From the NCBI GenBank assembly GCA_963694265.1, contig CAVODA010000001.1, forward strand, positions 1 through 45,205: 45,205 nt of DNA. The letters run 5' to 3'. The notes beneath the pieces are model-generated. The model had not been told where the DNA came from and did not search any database. It saw only the letters and a program-made list of their open reading frames with translations. Of this stretch, positions 16,764 through 25,792 are shown piece after piece. Origin of the DNA: Dehalococcoidia bacterium. GTDB lineage: Bacteria; Chloroflexota; Dehalococcoidia; Lucifugimonadales; UBA3495. The stretch's first letter is position 1. Each line of letters opens with the position of its first letter. Made by a program: the position numbers and the translations under genes.

Positions 16764-16991
16764 TTAGAAGCAGATACGCGTGACGGTATTGGTCACGCCT
16801 TTTATCGGGCGAATCTTGTGCCGCAGAATCGCTGTGATGTCTTCTCGTGTGTCGGCTTCCAGGTCGACCATAAAATCGTATAGTCCCAGGACTTCATGGA
16901 CCACTGCGCCGGAGATACCATCCAGTTTTTGAATCACTTCCTCGGTGCAGGTGGGGTCCGCGTTGACCAGGATAAAAGCGTTAGCCGCCAT
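16764..16991 (-). CDS. Stand-alone Lrp/AsnC ligand-binding (RAM) domain protein, ~75 aa
   Basis: The sequence is MAANAFILVNADPTCTEEVIQKLDGISGAVVHEVLGLYDFMVDLEADTREDITAILRHKIRPIKGVTNTVTRICF. The start at 16991 was chosen because GGAGG lies 7 nt upstream. The ORF-track start at 17090 adds a non-protein-like extension. Confidence 0.7.
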   Translation of the reverse strand: MAANAFILVNADPTCTEEVIQKLDGISGAVVHEVLGLYDFMVDLEADTREDITAILRHKIRPIKGVTNTVTRICF

Positions 16992-17196
16992 GGTGTGACC
17001 TCCCTCAATAGGTTGTAGCGAGTGCGCGTGAATGCTGGTTGGCCCGTCACTAGTCGTCACTACACTTTTAGCATCCACGGTCCTCGCCATGAGTCTGTTG
17101 CTGAGACTCTAATCGAGGCTCCAGTGGGGCGGTAGATACGGCTAGACCATCTGCATAACCTGAGGCCACCATAAGCTCTCTTTTTCCCGAGTAATT

Positions 17197-17231
17197 AAAA
17201 AGCCGCCTGGTTGTTACACCAGGCGGCTTTT
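17197..17231 (-). terminator. Intrinsic terminator after the sulfite-oxidase-family gene
   Basis: AGCCGCCTGG-TTGTTACA-CCAGGCGGCT forms a 10-bp stem flanked by A4/T-runs. On the minus strand it is followed by TTTTT. Confidence 0.85.
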
Positions 17232-17251
17232 GATTGGCTAATCGATGAGAG

Positions 17252-18325
17252 TCAGGCTTTGCGCACCGTGATTGGCACCGAGTGGATAGAGTTGACCTCG
17301 TAGCCCCTGAAATTCCAGGTGGCCAGCATGGGCTGCACGTTCCCGGCGCAGTCGGTGGCTCGGGACCGAATCAGCGAGTTGCCGATGCTGACGGCCTCCC
17401 AGTCGTATTCCCAGTGCTGCCAAGAGTATTCGCCGTCGTGCTCTTGTAGCTTGGCGTCGTGCCAGGTGCGGTTGTCGTCAGTGCTCACCTCAACCTTGGT
17501 GACGGAGCCTTCGCCTGACCAGGCCACTCCCGTGACCTTGTGCTTGCCGGGCTGAATGACATCGCCTTTGTTCGGGGTGCTAATTAGCGACTTAACCTTT
17601 AGGTTGGCAACCCGTCTGGCCTTGGCATCGCCCTTGCCATCAGTGGCCGGGTAGATCCAATAGTCCATCTCATGGAACCCGCCGTTGGGGTGGTCCATCG
17701 CCACGATCTTGGCCAGCCATTTGACTGAAGTCATCCCGTACCAACCAGGAATCAGCAGCCGGATTGGGAACCCATGGTCATTGGGCAGGACTTCGCCGTT
17801 CATCTCGTAGGCCAGGATCGAATCTGGGTTGAGTAGCTTCTCCAGCGGCACACTCATCTCGTAGACCATCGTGCCTTCCGCGTGGGACTCGGTGCCGGAA
17901 TCTGCGCCCACGAACAGAACATTGGTGACAGAACCCTTCAGGCCTGCCTGTTCCAAAACGGTCTTCACCGACACACCCTTCCAGGTGGAGACACTGAGAC
18001 CGCCGTTGTCCCATTGGACACCCTCTGCCGGTGGCTGCATGGTTGACCGGCTGTTGCTGGCGCACTCCATGAGGCTGGTAATCTCATGGCTGGGCATCTT
18101 TAGCAGGCCGTCGTAGGTCAGCGTCAGAGGGTTATTAACATCGCCACTGATCGGGAATGACCAGCCGCCTGCAGCGATTTCAGGTGCGGCAAAGTGGCTG
18201 CGAATAAAGTGACCCTCAGTCTTGGAGATCGGTAGGTTCATGTCAGGTAGGAAAACGCCCGCACAGATTGGGTCCTGTGAGAGAACGTTGAGGTCGCCAT
18301 ACGAATTGGATGCTGGAACCGGCAT
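17252..18325 (-). CDS. Sulfite-oxidase-family molybdopterin oxidoreductase (Oxidored_molyb + Mo-co dimerisation domains); no signal peptide
   Basis: Contains the motifs HFIRSHFAAPEI, LMECASNSR (Mo-ligand Cys) and MNGEVLPNDHGFPIRLLIPGWYGMTSVKWL, plus a C-terminal Ig-like dimerisation domain. The SD is GGGAGG. The TGA stop is followed by a strong terminator. Confidence 0.85.
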   Translation of the reverse strand: MPVPASNSYGDLNVLSQDPICAGVFLPDMNLPISKTEGHFIRSHFAAPEIAAGGWSFPISGDVNNPLTLTYDGLLKMPSHEITSLMECASNSRSTMQPPAEGVQWDNGGLSVSTWKGVSVKTVLEQAGLKGSVTNVLFVGADSGTESHAEGTMVYEMSVPLEKLLNPDSILAYEMNGEVLPNDHGFPIRLLIPGWYGMTSVKWLAKIVAMDHPNGGFHEMDYWIYPATDGKGDAKARRVANLKVKSLISTPNKGDVIQPGKHKVTGVAWSGEGSVTKVEVSTDDNRTWHDAKLQEHDGEYSWQHWEYDWEAVSIGNSLIRSRATDCAGNVQPMLATWNFRGYEVNSIHSVPITVRKA

Positions 18326-18792
18326 TCTAGCCTCCCTAAGTTGTGGCCCGAAAAGTCAGAACCGGCTGGGCCGTGATGAGTTCGATTGATTGACCAATTG
18401 GACTCAAGTTGCAGGCAATATCTGCCAATCACTGGGTCAATGATTTCATCAATTTAGACGTCATTCGTGTTGCGGCGGGGCAGGCTACAGGCCGGGTCAC
18501 GAATCATCGCCGGATGCAGGACATCTCCCATAGGGGCGGTAGTTTATTGATTTTTATCACAGAGAAAATAGGCTCGTAAGGGCCGAATGGACGTGCTGCA
18601 GGACGGCTGATTGGCCCGAACTATTTTGTCTGATTGCTTGTCTGTTTTGATGGATGTAGCTATGCTAGCGGCAAATTAAAGCGGGCCCCGATCATAAGGC
18701 CGACAACTCCCGCCCGCACGCTCATAAAAAGACAAAACCACAAGTCCCGGACGTTGAAACAACCCGGAAGTCAAAACAAAAGGAAGATAGAT

Positions 18793-20373
18793 ATGGCCAA
18801 TACGATATCTGCCACAGACCTTAATGCCCTGTTGCAAGGCAAGACCAAATTCGGGCTCATCGACGTTCGAGAGGCCGGTGAATACAACAGTTCACACATC
18901 GCTGACTCCAGCCTGATTCCCCGTAAAGAGTTGGAATTTAGGATGGATCTCTCCGCGCCCGTCAAGGGCGAACACCTAATTGTCTGTGACGACGATGGCC
19001 GCCGGGCTACACTAGCCGCCGGTACCCTGGAACAGATTGGCTTCACCAACGTGTCAGTCTTGGACCGGGGCATCAACCAGTGGAGCACAGAAGGATTCCC
19101 CACGGAGTGGGGCAGCAACGTGGTCAGTAAGGATTTTGGCGAGCGGATGGAAGTTGAACACCACGTCCCCGAGATTGAGGCCACCGAATTGCACGCCCGT
19201 ATCGAACGCGGCGACAAGTTGGTGATTCTCGACACTCGCACGCCGGAGGAGTACCAGCGTTTCTGCATCCCCGGTGGCCGCAGCGTGCCCGGTGGTGAGC
19301 TGGCCCTGCGCGTTACTGACATCACGAAAGACCTAGACCCGGACACCACAGTGATCGTTAACTGCGCCGGACGCACCCGCAGCGTCATTGGCACCAGGGT
19401 GCTACAACGCATGGGTCTGACCAACATATTTGGCCTGAAAAACGGCACCTCAGGTTGGTTGCTGGCCGGATATGAACTGGAGACTGGCGGTGACCGACTC
19501 AGTTTGCCGGAACCGTCGGAAGAAGGCCTGGCTGCGGCAGAGGAATATGCCGCCCGGTTGGCCGAAGAAGACGGTGTGCGCTATCTGGACGTAGACGCCG
19601 TGCAGGCGATGCTGGACGAGCGGGGAGACAAGACTTGCTACTTCGTCGATGTGCGCACCACCCAGGAATACACCGCCGGGCATATCCCCGGTTTCCGCTG
19701 GTTCCCTGGCGGACAGGTTGTGCAGCGTTCGGACGATGTGCTCGTGGTCAAGAATTGTCCGGTGATCTTCTCCTGCGATGGTAAGGCCCGGGCCACGTTC
19801 ATCGCTTCTTGGTACCGGCAATTCGGGTTTGAAGAGGTCTACGCGATGGACGGTGGGGCCGTTGCTTGGGCCGCCAGCGGACGTGCGTTGGAGACTGGCT
19901 CCGGCGATGCTGGACCCAGCGGCCTGGATGCGGCCCGTGGCCAGGTAAAACTGCTTTCGCCCCAGGAACTGGATGCCGCCAAACCAGCGGTGGTCATCAA
20001 CGTTGAGATCAGCACCGATTTCTCCGGCGGCCACGTGCCCGGCGCTCGCTGGGTGCCCCGTGGTTCCATGGAACTGCAAATCGCGGAGGTTGCGCCGGAC
20101 AAGAGCGCGTCCATCGCGGTCACCTGCAACAACGGTCAAAATGCTCTTTTGGCCGGGGCCACTCTCAAGGGTCTAGGCTACCAAGATGTATCGGTCCTGG
20201 ACGGTGGTATGGCCGCCTGGCGACAGGCCGGACTTGGCATGGAACAGGGGCTGTCCGGGGTGATGCGACCCCCAACTGACGTTGTACCATCCGGCCCGGA
20301 GCGGAACTTCGCCGACATGATGAACTACCTGCGTTGGGAGACCGCACTGGGCGATAAATACGCCGCCGATTAA
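18793..20373 (+). CDS. Four-domain rhodanese (sulfurtransferase) protein
   Basis: Four rhodanese repeats have the active-site loops CDDDGRR, CAGRTRS (canonical), CDGKARA and CNNGQNA. The start was chosen at ATG 18793 (MANTISATDL, SD AAGGAAG). The ORF-track start at 18634 adds a K/R-rich non-protein-like extension. Confidence 0.8.
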   Translation: MANTISATDLNALLQGKTKFGLIDVREAGEYNSSHIADSSLIPRKELEFRMDLSAPVKGEHLIVCDDDGRRATLAAGTLEQIGFTNVSVLDRGINQWSTEGFPTEWGSNVVSKDFGERMEVEHHVPEIEATELHARIERGDKLVILDTRTPEEYQRFCIPGGRSVPGGELALRVTDITKDLDPDTTVIVNCAGRTRSVIGTRVLQRMGLTNIFGLKNGTSGWLLAGYELETGGDRLSLPEPSEEGLAAAEEYAARLAEEDGVRYLDVDAVQAMLDERGDKTCYFVDVRTTQEYTAGHIPGFRWFPGGQVVQRSDDVLVVKNCPVIFSCDGKARATFIASWYRQFGFEEVYAMDGGAVAWAASGRALETGSGDAGPSGLDAARGQVKLLSPQELDAAKPAVVINVEISTDFSGGHVPGARWVPRGSMELQIAEVAPDKSASIAVTCNNGQNALLAGATLKGLGYQDVSVLDGGMAAWRQAGLGMEQGLSGVMRPPTDVVPSGPERNFADMMNYLRWETALGDKYAAD

Positions 20374-20400
20374 GTTCAAATCAGCGCCTAATTGCTAATT

Positions 20401-20434
20401 AAAAAAGCCCCGGCTGCATCCGCCGGGGCTTTTT
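20401..20434. terminator. Bidirectional intrinsic terminator between the rhodanese (+) and MFS (-) genes
   Basis: AAAAAAGCCCCGGC-TGCATCC-GCCGGGGCTTTTT forms a 9-bp GC-rich stem with an A-run and a T-run on either side. Confidence 0.85.
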
Positions 20435-20443
20435 ATATGCCCA

Positions 20444-21745
20444 CTAGCGTGCGACCACGAGATCGGCACCGGGCAACTGTTTTTCTTTGATGGTGTAAAC
20501 GGTGCCGGTGGCCAGTAGCAGTAGGGCGATATTGCTCCAGATGGCGATTGCATAGGTGCCTTGAGCATCGTAAAGCAGCCCGCCCAGGTAGGCGCCGAAC
20601 CCGGAACCCAAGGGCATCACGGCAAACATGAAGCCATAGATAGTCCCCAACTGGGTCAGACCAAACCGGTCCGATGCGTAGGCCGCCGTGATGGATACCA
20701 CCGCGTTCCAAGAGAATCCCACCAGTAGTACGCCCAGCAACAGCACCGCGATGCCCATTGACGGTATGCCCAGAAATGGGATTCCCATGGACAGCAGCAC
20801 GAACACAAACCCGAGACCGCGTAGGTTGTAAGAAAGGCTGAGTAGCTTGCGGCGTCCGTGCTGGTCCGATAGGTGGCCCAGCAGCAAAGCCCCGATTATC
20901 GCCGCCGCTCCGATGAGGCTGAAGGCTCCGGCAGCCACCATCTTGTGGTAGCCCAAGTCCTGCACGTATGTGACGAAATGAGCGTTCACGAAGCTCATGG
21001 AATAGCCTCAAACGAAGTACCCCAGGGTTAGCCTGGCAAACAAGGGTGTGCGCAACGCTTCCCGGAATGTGGCGTCCCGACCGAGTAATTTCTTGAGGTC
21101 CGATGCCGGGCTTCTACCGGGGCCGCCTTCCGACGCGTCAAGGGGTTCCAGCCCCATTTCCTGGGGGCGGTTACGGATGAGCAGGAACCCGCCGGGTAGG
21201 ACAATCAGCAGCAGCAACCCGGCCAAGAACCAGTAGGCGTCTTTCCAGTCCAGCAGCACCAGGAATAGGGAGGCCGCCGGCACCAGGGTCATGGCACCGA
21301 ACGAACCGGCGCCGCTGACCAGCCCCAACGTGAGACCTCTCCTAGTGTGGAACCAGGCGCTAACCACCTTGGTCAAAATTGGGCCGGTGCCCAGGGTGAT
21401 CCCAATGCTCATGATGGCGAACAGCGCGTAGAGTTGCGCCAGGCTACTGATGAAGGGGATCAAGAGCAGTATCGTGCCCATTACAGTGACCCCGGAGAGG
21501 ATGGCGATCTTTGGGCTGTACCGGTCTGCCAGATATCCGGCGAGGGGCCGGAGCAGCCCGGAGATCATGAAGGTCAAGGCAAAGGCCAAGGACATTGAGC
21601 CCCGGCTCCAACCGAATTCGTCGGTCATCGGTTTGAGGAACACGCCAAAGGAAAACTGGCCGCCGGATACGCCGAAAGACACCAGCACACACCCGGCGAC
21701 AACGAACCAGCCGTAGTAGAAGGCCTTTTTGTTAAACAATCTCAT
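20444..21745 (-). pseudogene. MFS transporter (oxalate/formate-antiporter-like subfamily) interrupted by a single in-frame TGA (21010-21008)
   Basis: ORFs 21008-21745 and 20444-20998 are in the same frame (747 nt, which is 249 codons). The N-half has 6 TM segments plus the cytoplasmic loop, and the C-half has 6 TM segments. The junction reads ...RLTLGYFV[TGA]GYSMSFVNAHFVTY, which falls inside TM7. Confidence 0.75.
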
Positions 21746-21800
21746 CTGTTTCCGGCCTGTTGTTTGTCTTTTTCCTATTTAGTTCCTGGGCGTTTTCAAC

Positions 21801-22565
21801 CTACAAGTCAGCGGGCCGTTCCAATGGTGGACTGTTGAAAGATGCAGGGGATGGCTGAAAAACCCAAACCTCGGTCTGAGAGGGTAGTTCTTGTGCCGAG
21901 AACGTGGCAGTCTCGCCAACCAGCCGTTTCACCCTTGGCTGGGTAGCTAGCCAGCTTTCCGGAGGCTCTAATCCAGTGTCATCGGCCATCAGACCTGAAA
22001 TCTGATAATGCATGGGAATCACGATCTTGGGCGACAACCGCTCGACCAGAGAATCCACTTCTTCCGGTTTGAGCAGGTGGTTGGAGTCATCCACAGTCAC
22101 CAGCAGCACGTCAATCTCGCCGATAGAGCGTGTTACATCCGCTGGCCAGTCGGCCCGGTTGTCACCCAGATGCAAGAAGCTGATGCCACCAGTCTCCAGC
22201 CGGAACATTATGTTGACGAATCCCTGCAGCCCAGACCGGCCAGAATGGATGTCCTGCACGCCCCGTACCTGCATATCCTGGTTGGCAAATTCCCCCGACA
22301 TCCTGATCAAGGATGCGCCCTCCGGCAAACGCTCGGCAGCGTCATGGTCAAAATGGGCGTGGGTAATTATGCCCAAGTCACATTCCACGTCGGGAAACTG
22401 CCGGGTGAACCAGTAGCGGTCGGAACGGTTCCGGTAGGGGTCGGTCAACACCTTCAACCCAGCCTCGGTCTGCCATTGGAATGCGGAGTGGCCGTAGTAG
22501 GTCAGGGTTAGAGGGCCGCTGGGGTTTTTTGAATTGGCGGGATTGGAATCAGGGGTAGTCGACAT
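21801..22565 (-). CDS. MBL-fold metallo-hydrolase
   Basis: The sequence LTYYGHSAFQWQTEAGLKVLTDPY...IITHAHFDHD carries the HxHxDH-type metal motif. It lies upstream of the MFS gene on the same strand with a 55-bp gap. Confidence 0.75.
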   Translation of the reverse strand: MSTTPDSNPANSKNPSGPLTLTYYGHSAFQWQTEAGLKVLTDPYRNRSDRYWFTRQFPDVECDLGIITHAHFDHDAAERLPEGASLIRMSGEFANQDMQVRGVQDIHSGRSGLQGFVNIMFRLETGGISFLHLGDNRADWPADVTRSIGEIDVLLVTVDDSNHLLKPEEVDSLVERLSPKIVIPMHYQISGLMADDTGLEPPESWLATQPRVKRLVGETATFSAQELPSQTEVWVFQPSPASFNSPPLERPADL

Positions 22566-22653
22566 CTAAACCTCTAGTCGGATTCTTGTAACAATTGAGT
22601 GTAATTCTAGCCGAGGCGCAGTTTTCCTGCCATCGATAAAACCTCAGGCGTAC

Positions 22654-24012
22654 ATGGGGGCGGTGGCATCCCCGTTGCGTCAGATTGCCGAAGACCGTGG
22701 TGGCAGAATACCGGAAAGGCTGCTGGCCAAGCTTTGGAAAGAACGGGCAGCCCGCCTCACGGCATTGCGGACGGAATCTGGTCGGCGGATCAGAGTGGTC
22801 TATCCGGGTCGTTCCGGGGTGACTGCTGGTCCGGATTTTCGAGACGCCCTGCTGGAAGTTGAAGGCGTTGGTTTTGTTCGCGGTGACGTTGAGTTGCACA
22901 TCAGGCAGAAAGACTGGGATTCCCACGGTCACGGCGGAGACCCCAACTACAACGGTGTGGTGTTCCACGGGGCCCTGGAAGTCCACTCAGAGGAGACTCG
23001 CCTGCAGAGCGGAGTGTAGGCTCCGGTAGTCGATCTCAGTGCGCTGCTGGTAGATTCGGCCACGCCTGCGTTTGAGTCTGAATCGGATTCGGAATTTGGG
23101 CCGCTGATCGATCTCTGGCAGGTGTTGTCCCAGCGCGGATTTCCCCGCCCTAAGACACTGGACGAGGTTGAAAAATCCTTGGATCTGGCCGGAGACCGGC
23201 GGTTCCAATGGAAGTCGAGTTGGTTATTTCAGTGCATCCAGGCTGAGGGGCCGAACCAGGCTTCGGATCAAGGCTTAATGGAAGGGTTGGGTTACCGGAC
23301 CAACCAGCGTCCGTTCATCGAGTTGGCGTCGGTGGTGCCGTATCAGGTTTTGGCCCAGGCAGCAGGGCAGCTGGAGGCGGGCCAGCGTTGTGCTGCAATC
23401 TCTGGTTGGCTGCTTGGACGCTCCGGCTTTGGTGGGTCGATGTCGGCTTTTTCGCCCAATGAAATAGGTGAGTCGCCGCCGCAACCGAAACTGCCGCAGG
23501 GGCTTGGTGCGGCCATGAACCGGGAAGAATGGTGGTTGTTCCGTGTTCGCCCGACCAACCACCCCCGGCGGCGGATTATGGGCGCGGCCGTGATTATAGA
23601 CCGATTTATGCCCACTGGTTTGGCTGCTGGATTACGTGAAGTGGTGCAGCAGTTGAGCGCCGCCAAGCTGACAGCGTTTTTGTTGGCCAGTGGAGCGTCC
23701 GGCCCTGCGTACGTGGGTCTCGGTAGGGCTAAAGACCTGGCTGTGAACGTGGTCTTGCCGTTCATGCACGCGTGGGACCAGTGCCAGGCACTTGAAAGGG
23801 GTGAGGCTGAAATATCGTCGGCCGCGCCTGGCGTCAAACAACTGGGAGTTCCAGAACAACTCTACCGGCGTTTTACGTTGCTGGCTGAAAACGAGATAAC
23901 CCGGGAGATGACCAGTCAGTTATTGCCCACCCGTTGGCTGAGGGCCGTGAGCAACGCCCGGCGTCAACAGGGGTTGCTACATCTGTCAGAGGTGTTAAAA
24001 GGGGCCTTCTAA
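22654..24012 (+). pseudogene. DUF2851-family protein interrupted by a single in-frame TAG (23017-23019)
   Basis: ORFs 22654-23019 and 23122-24012 are in the same frame (468 nt, which is 156 codons), with no other stop between them. The N-terminal part (PERLLAKLW...RVVYPGRSGVTAGPDFRDALLEVEG..VRGDVELHIRQKDWDSHGHGGDPNY) matches my memory of the DUF2851 pattern. The combined length of ~452 aa fits the family. Confidence 0.7.
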
Positions 24013-24030
24013 GCTAGGAAGCCCCTTTGT
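23997..24030. terminator. Bidirectional terminator hairpin between DUF2851 (+) and the cupin array (-)
   Basis: AAAGGGGCCTTC-TAAGCTAG-GAAGCCCCTTT (one bulged C). On the minus strand the hairpin is followed by TTTTAA. It overlaps the DUF2851 stop codon. Confidence 0.7.
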
Positions 24031-24059
24031 ATTAATCGTTTTGCGGTGGGGATTGCTGT

Positions 24060-24404
24060 TTAGGTGGGGTCTGCCAGCGGCACAGCCAGAGAGGCTCTGG
24101 GGGTGTCGCCCAGGCTGCGGGCGATGTGCCCGTGGCCTTCCAAGTCCTCAGCCACCAGGATGTCTCCCGGTTCCATCTGGACTTTTGATCCGTCGGCGCA
24201 TTCAAACTCGGCAGTGCCAGACAGGTTGACCACGTATTGTCGCCTGGGGGCGTTGTGGTAGTCGCTGAATGACGGAGAAGTGCGTAGGCCCAAGGTTATG
24301 TCGCCGGTTCCCAACCGGTTGACGATGTTGGACATCTCCTCAGCGGTGACGTCTTCGAAATGAGACTCGCCGTCGTCGCCGGAATATACTCTGATGATTT
24401 TCAT
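24060..24404 (-). CDS. Small atypical cupin-fold protein, paralog 1 of 4 (114 aa)
   Basis: The sequence begins MKIIRVYSGDDGESHFEDV and continues ...YHNAPRRQYVVNLSGTAEFECADGSKVQMEPGDILVAEDLEGHGH. It has its own SD (AGGAG). Confidence 0.75.
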   Translation of the reverse strand: MKIIRVYSGDDGESHFEDVTAEEMSNIVNRLGTGDITLGLRTSPSFSDYHNAPRRQYVVNLSGTAEFECADGSKVQMEPGDILVAEDLEGHGHIARSLGDTPRASLAVPLADPT

Positions 24405-24479
24405 GATTGGCTCCTAGTTTCGTTAATAGCCCATGGCCGGGTTTCGTTTAAATCTTTGGTCTAGGTCTTTGGTATTTGC

Positions 24480-24821
24480 CTAGGCTTCGGCTAAGGGTAT
24501 GGCCAGGATGAAACGTTGGCCTTCGCCCAGGCCACGGGCGATGTGTCCATGGCCGGTCAGGTCTTCGGCCACCAGGACGTCACCCGGATGCATTTTCTGC
24601 TTGGTGCCGTCTGCGGTCTCGTACTCGGCGGTGCCCAGGAGATGCATGACGTACTGACGGCGGGGCGCCGTGTGGTAATCGGAAAAAGATGGGGCTTGGC
24701 GCTCGTTGAACTGGATATCTCCCTCGCCCAGCCGTCCGACGATGCCCTCTAATTCCTCGGGACTGACATTCTCAAAGTGAGACTCGCCGTCATCCCCGGA
24801 AAAAACTCGAACTATCTGCAT
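24480..24821 (-). CDS. Small atypical cupin-fold protein, paralog 2 of 4 (113 aa)
   Basis: The sequence begins MQIVRVFSGDDGESHFENV and continues ...YHTAPRRQYVMHLLGTAEYETADGTKQKMHPGDVLVAEDLTGHGH. The start was chosen at 24821 by alignment with its paralogs and an upstream GGGAGA. Confidence 0.75.
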   Translation of the reverse strand: MQIVRVFSGDDGESHFENVSPEELEGIVGRLGEGDIQFNERQAPSFSDYHTAPRRQYVMHLLGTAEYETADGTKQKMHPGDVLVAEDLTGHGHIARGLGEGQRFILAIPLAEA

Positions 24822-24930
24822 AAAGGAATTCTCCCTAATTTTAAAAATTTGGTCTCTGGAATGGAAGTTCCAGAAACAAAGCAATGTTAGCGAATATCAC
24901 CCGCCGAAGGCCCAAACTCGGCTGCGCCGG

Positions 24931-25269
24931 TTAGTCAGCTAGGGGGACGGTGCAGGTGATGCCGGGTTCGTTTCCAGCGGTCAGAGTGGTGTGACCCTGG
25001 CCGGTGGTGTCCTCGACCAAGCGGGCGTCGCCAGGACCAAACGTGTGCTTGGAGCCGTCACCGAGGCCAATCTCAATCTGGCCTGAGATGCAGATCACAT
25101 ACTGGCGGCGGGGTGCTGGGTGCCAATCGATGAAGCGACCAGCCTCGTTCTCGCTGAATTTTATAGTGGTGGTGTTGATGGCCTCGGACAACTCGGGATG
25201 TGAAGCCAAGTTGGTTTCTTCAATGTGGGTTTGTCCGTCGTCGCCGGTGTACATTCTGTAGATTCCCAT
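24931..25269 (-). CDS. Small atypical cupin-fold protein, paralog 3 of 4 (112 aa)
   Basis: The sequence begins MGIYRMYTGDDGQTHIEE and continues ...WHPAPRRQYVICISGQIEIGLGDGSKHTFGPGDARLVEDTTGQGH. The SD is GGAGAG. Confidence 0.75.
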   Translation of the reverse strand: MGIYRMYTGDDGQTHIEETNLASHPELSEAINTTTIKFSENEAGRFIDWHPAPRRQYVICISGQIEIGLGDGSKHTFGPGDARLVEDTTGQGHTTLTAGNEPGITCTVPLAD

Positions 25270-25314
25270 GTGTTCTCTCCGCGTTTTAAAAATGAATGAT
25301 TTGAGTGGTGAAAA

Positions 25315-25650
25315 TTAGGCCAGGGGTATAACTGCGGTGATGCTGGACTCGCCCTCCGGTACCTTGGTGGTGTGGCCCTTGCCGCTGGTGTCTTCCACCA
25401 AACGGGCGTCGCCAGGCACAAACCGGTGGGTGGTGCCGTCTTCCAGGCCAACATCAACCAGGCCTGAAAGAGAGATTATGTACTGCCGTTTGGGGGCGGG
25501 GTGCCAATCAATGAAATGACCGGGTGCCCACTCTCGGAAAAAAATGTGTTGGGTATTGACCGCCTCTGCCAGCTCTGGGTGGGACGCTAAGTCCAACTCC
25601 TCGATCTGACTTTTTCCGTCGCCATTTGTGTACAACCGAAATATGCCCAT
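25315..25650 (-). CDS. Small atypical cupin-fold protein, paralog 4 of 4 (111 aa)
   Basis: The sequence begins MGIFRLYTNGDGKSQIEE and continues ...WHPAPKRQYIISLSGLVDVGLEDGTTHRFVPGDARLVEDTSGKGH. The SD is GGAGAC. Confidence 0.75.
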   Translation of the reverse strand: MGIFRLYTNGDGKSQIEELDLASHPELAEAVNTQHIFFREWAPGHFIDWHPAPKRQYIISLSGLVDVGLEDGTTHRFVPGDARLVEDTSGKGHTTKVPEGESSITAVIPLA

Positions 25651-25792
25651 TTGCCGTCTCCAAACAGAGGGAATTGCCTCTTTTGCGTCAGGTACGAATT
25701 GGTGATAGCGACGCTTGGTCGAGACACTGTAATACTTGAAGTGCGATTGGGCAATATCTAACGACGTTTTTTCGGTTATCGTGCCTTCAAAT

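Noticed and set aside
16587-16883. A 98-aa ORF through the REP-like hairpin, and ORFs 34621-34809 and 39930-40127 through the MITE-like elements
   Set aside because: These are reading frames created by the repeat elements (CHPEHAEGSGKF..., ...CRGGLKTRPVF..., ...RAGWKPALF...). They have no SD, they span terminators, and they are typical repeat-derived false genes.
18634-18792. The N-terminal 53-aa extension of the rhodanese ORF given by the ORF track
   Set aside because: The extension (MLVCFDGCSYASGKLKRAPIIRPTTPARTLIKRQNHKSRTLKQPGSQNKRKID) is K/R-rich and not domain-like. The ATG at 18793 has a proper SD and starts exactly at the first rhodanese domain.
18326-18792. A Moco riboswitch or other known riboswitch in the long spacer next to the molybdoenzyme gene
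   Set aside because: I could not find the conserved Moco-motif elements or any convincing multi-stem architecture by eye. This needs a covariance-model scan before any claim is made.
24060-25650. The small cupins as DMSP lyases (DddK/DddW/DddQ-like)
   Set aside because: Those enzymes keep the HxHxxxxE(x)Y and GxxxxH metal motifs. The four paralogs here have only H-x-APRRQY and G-x-GH, so the assignment is unsupported.
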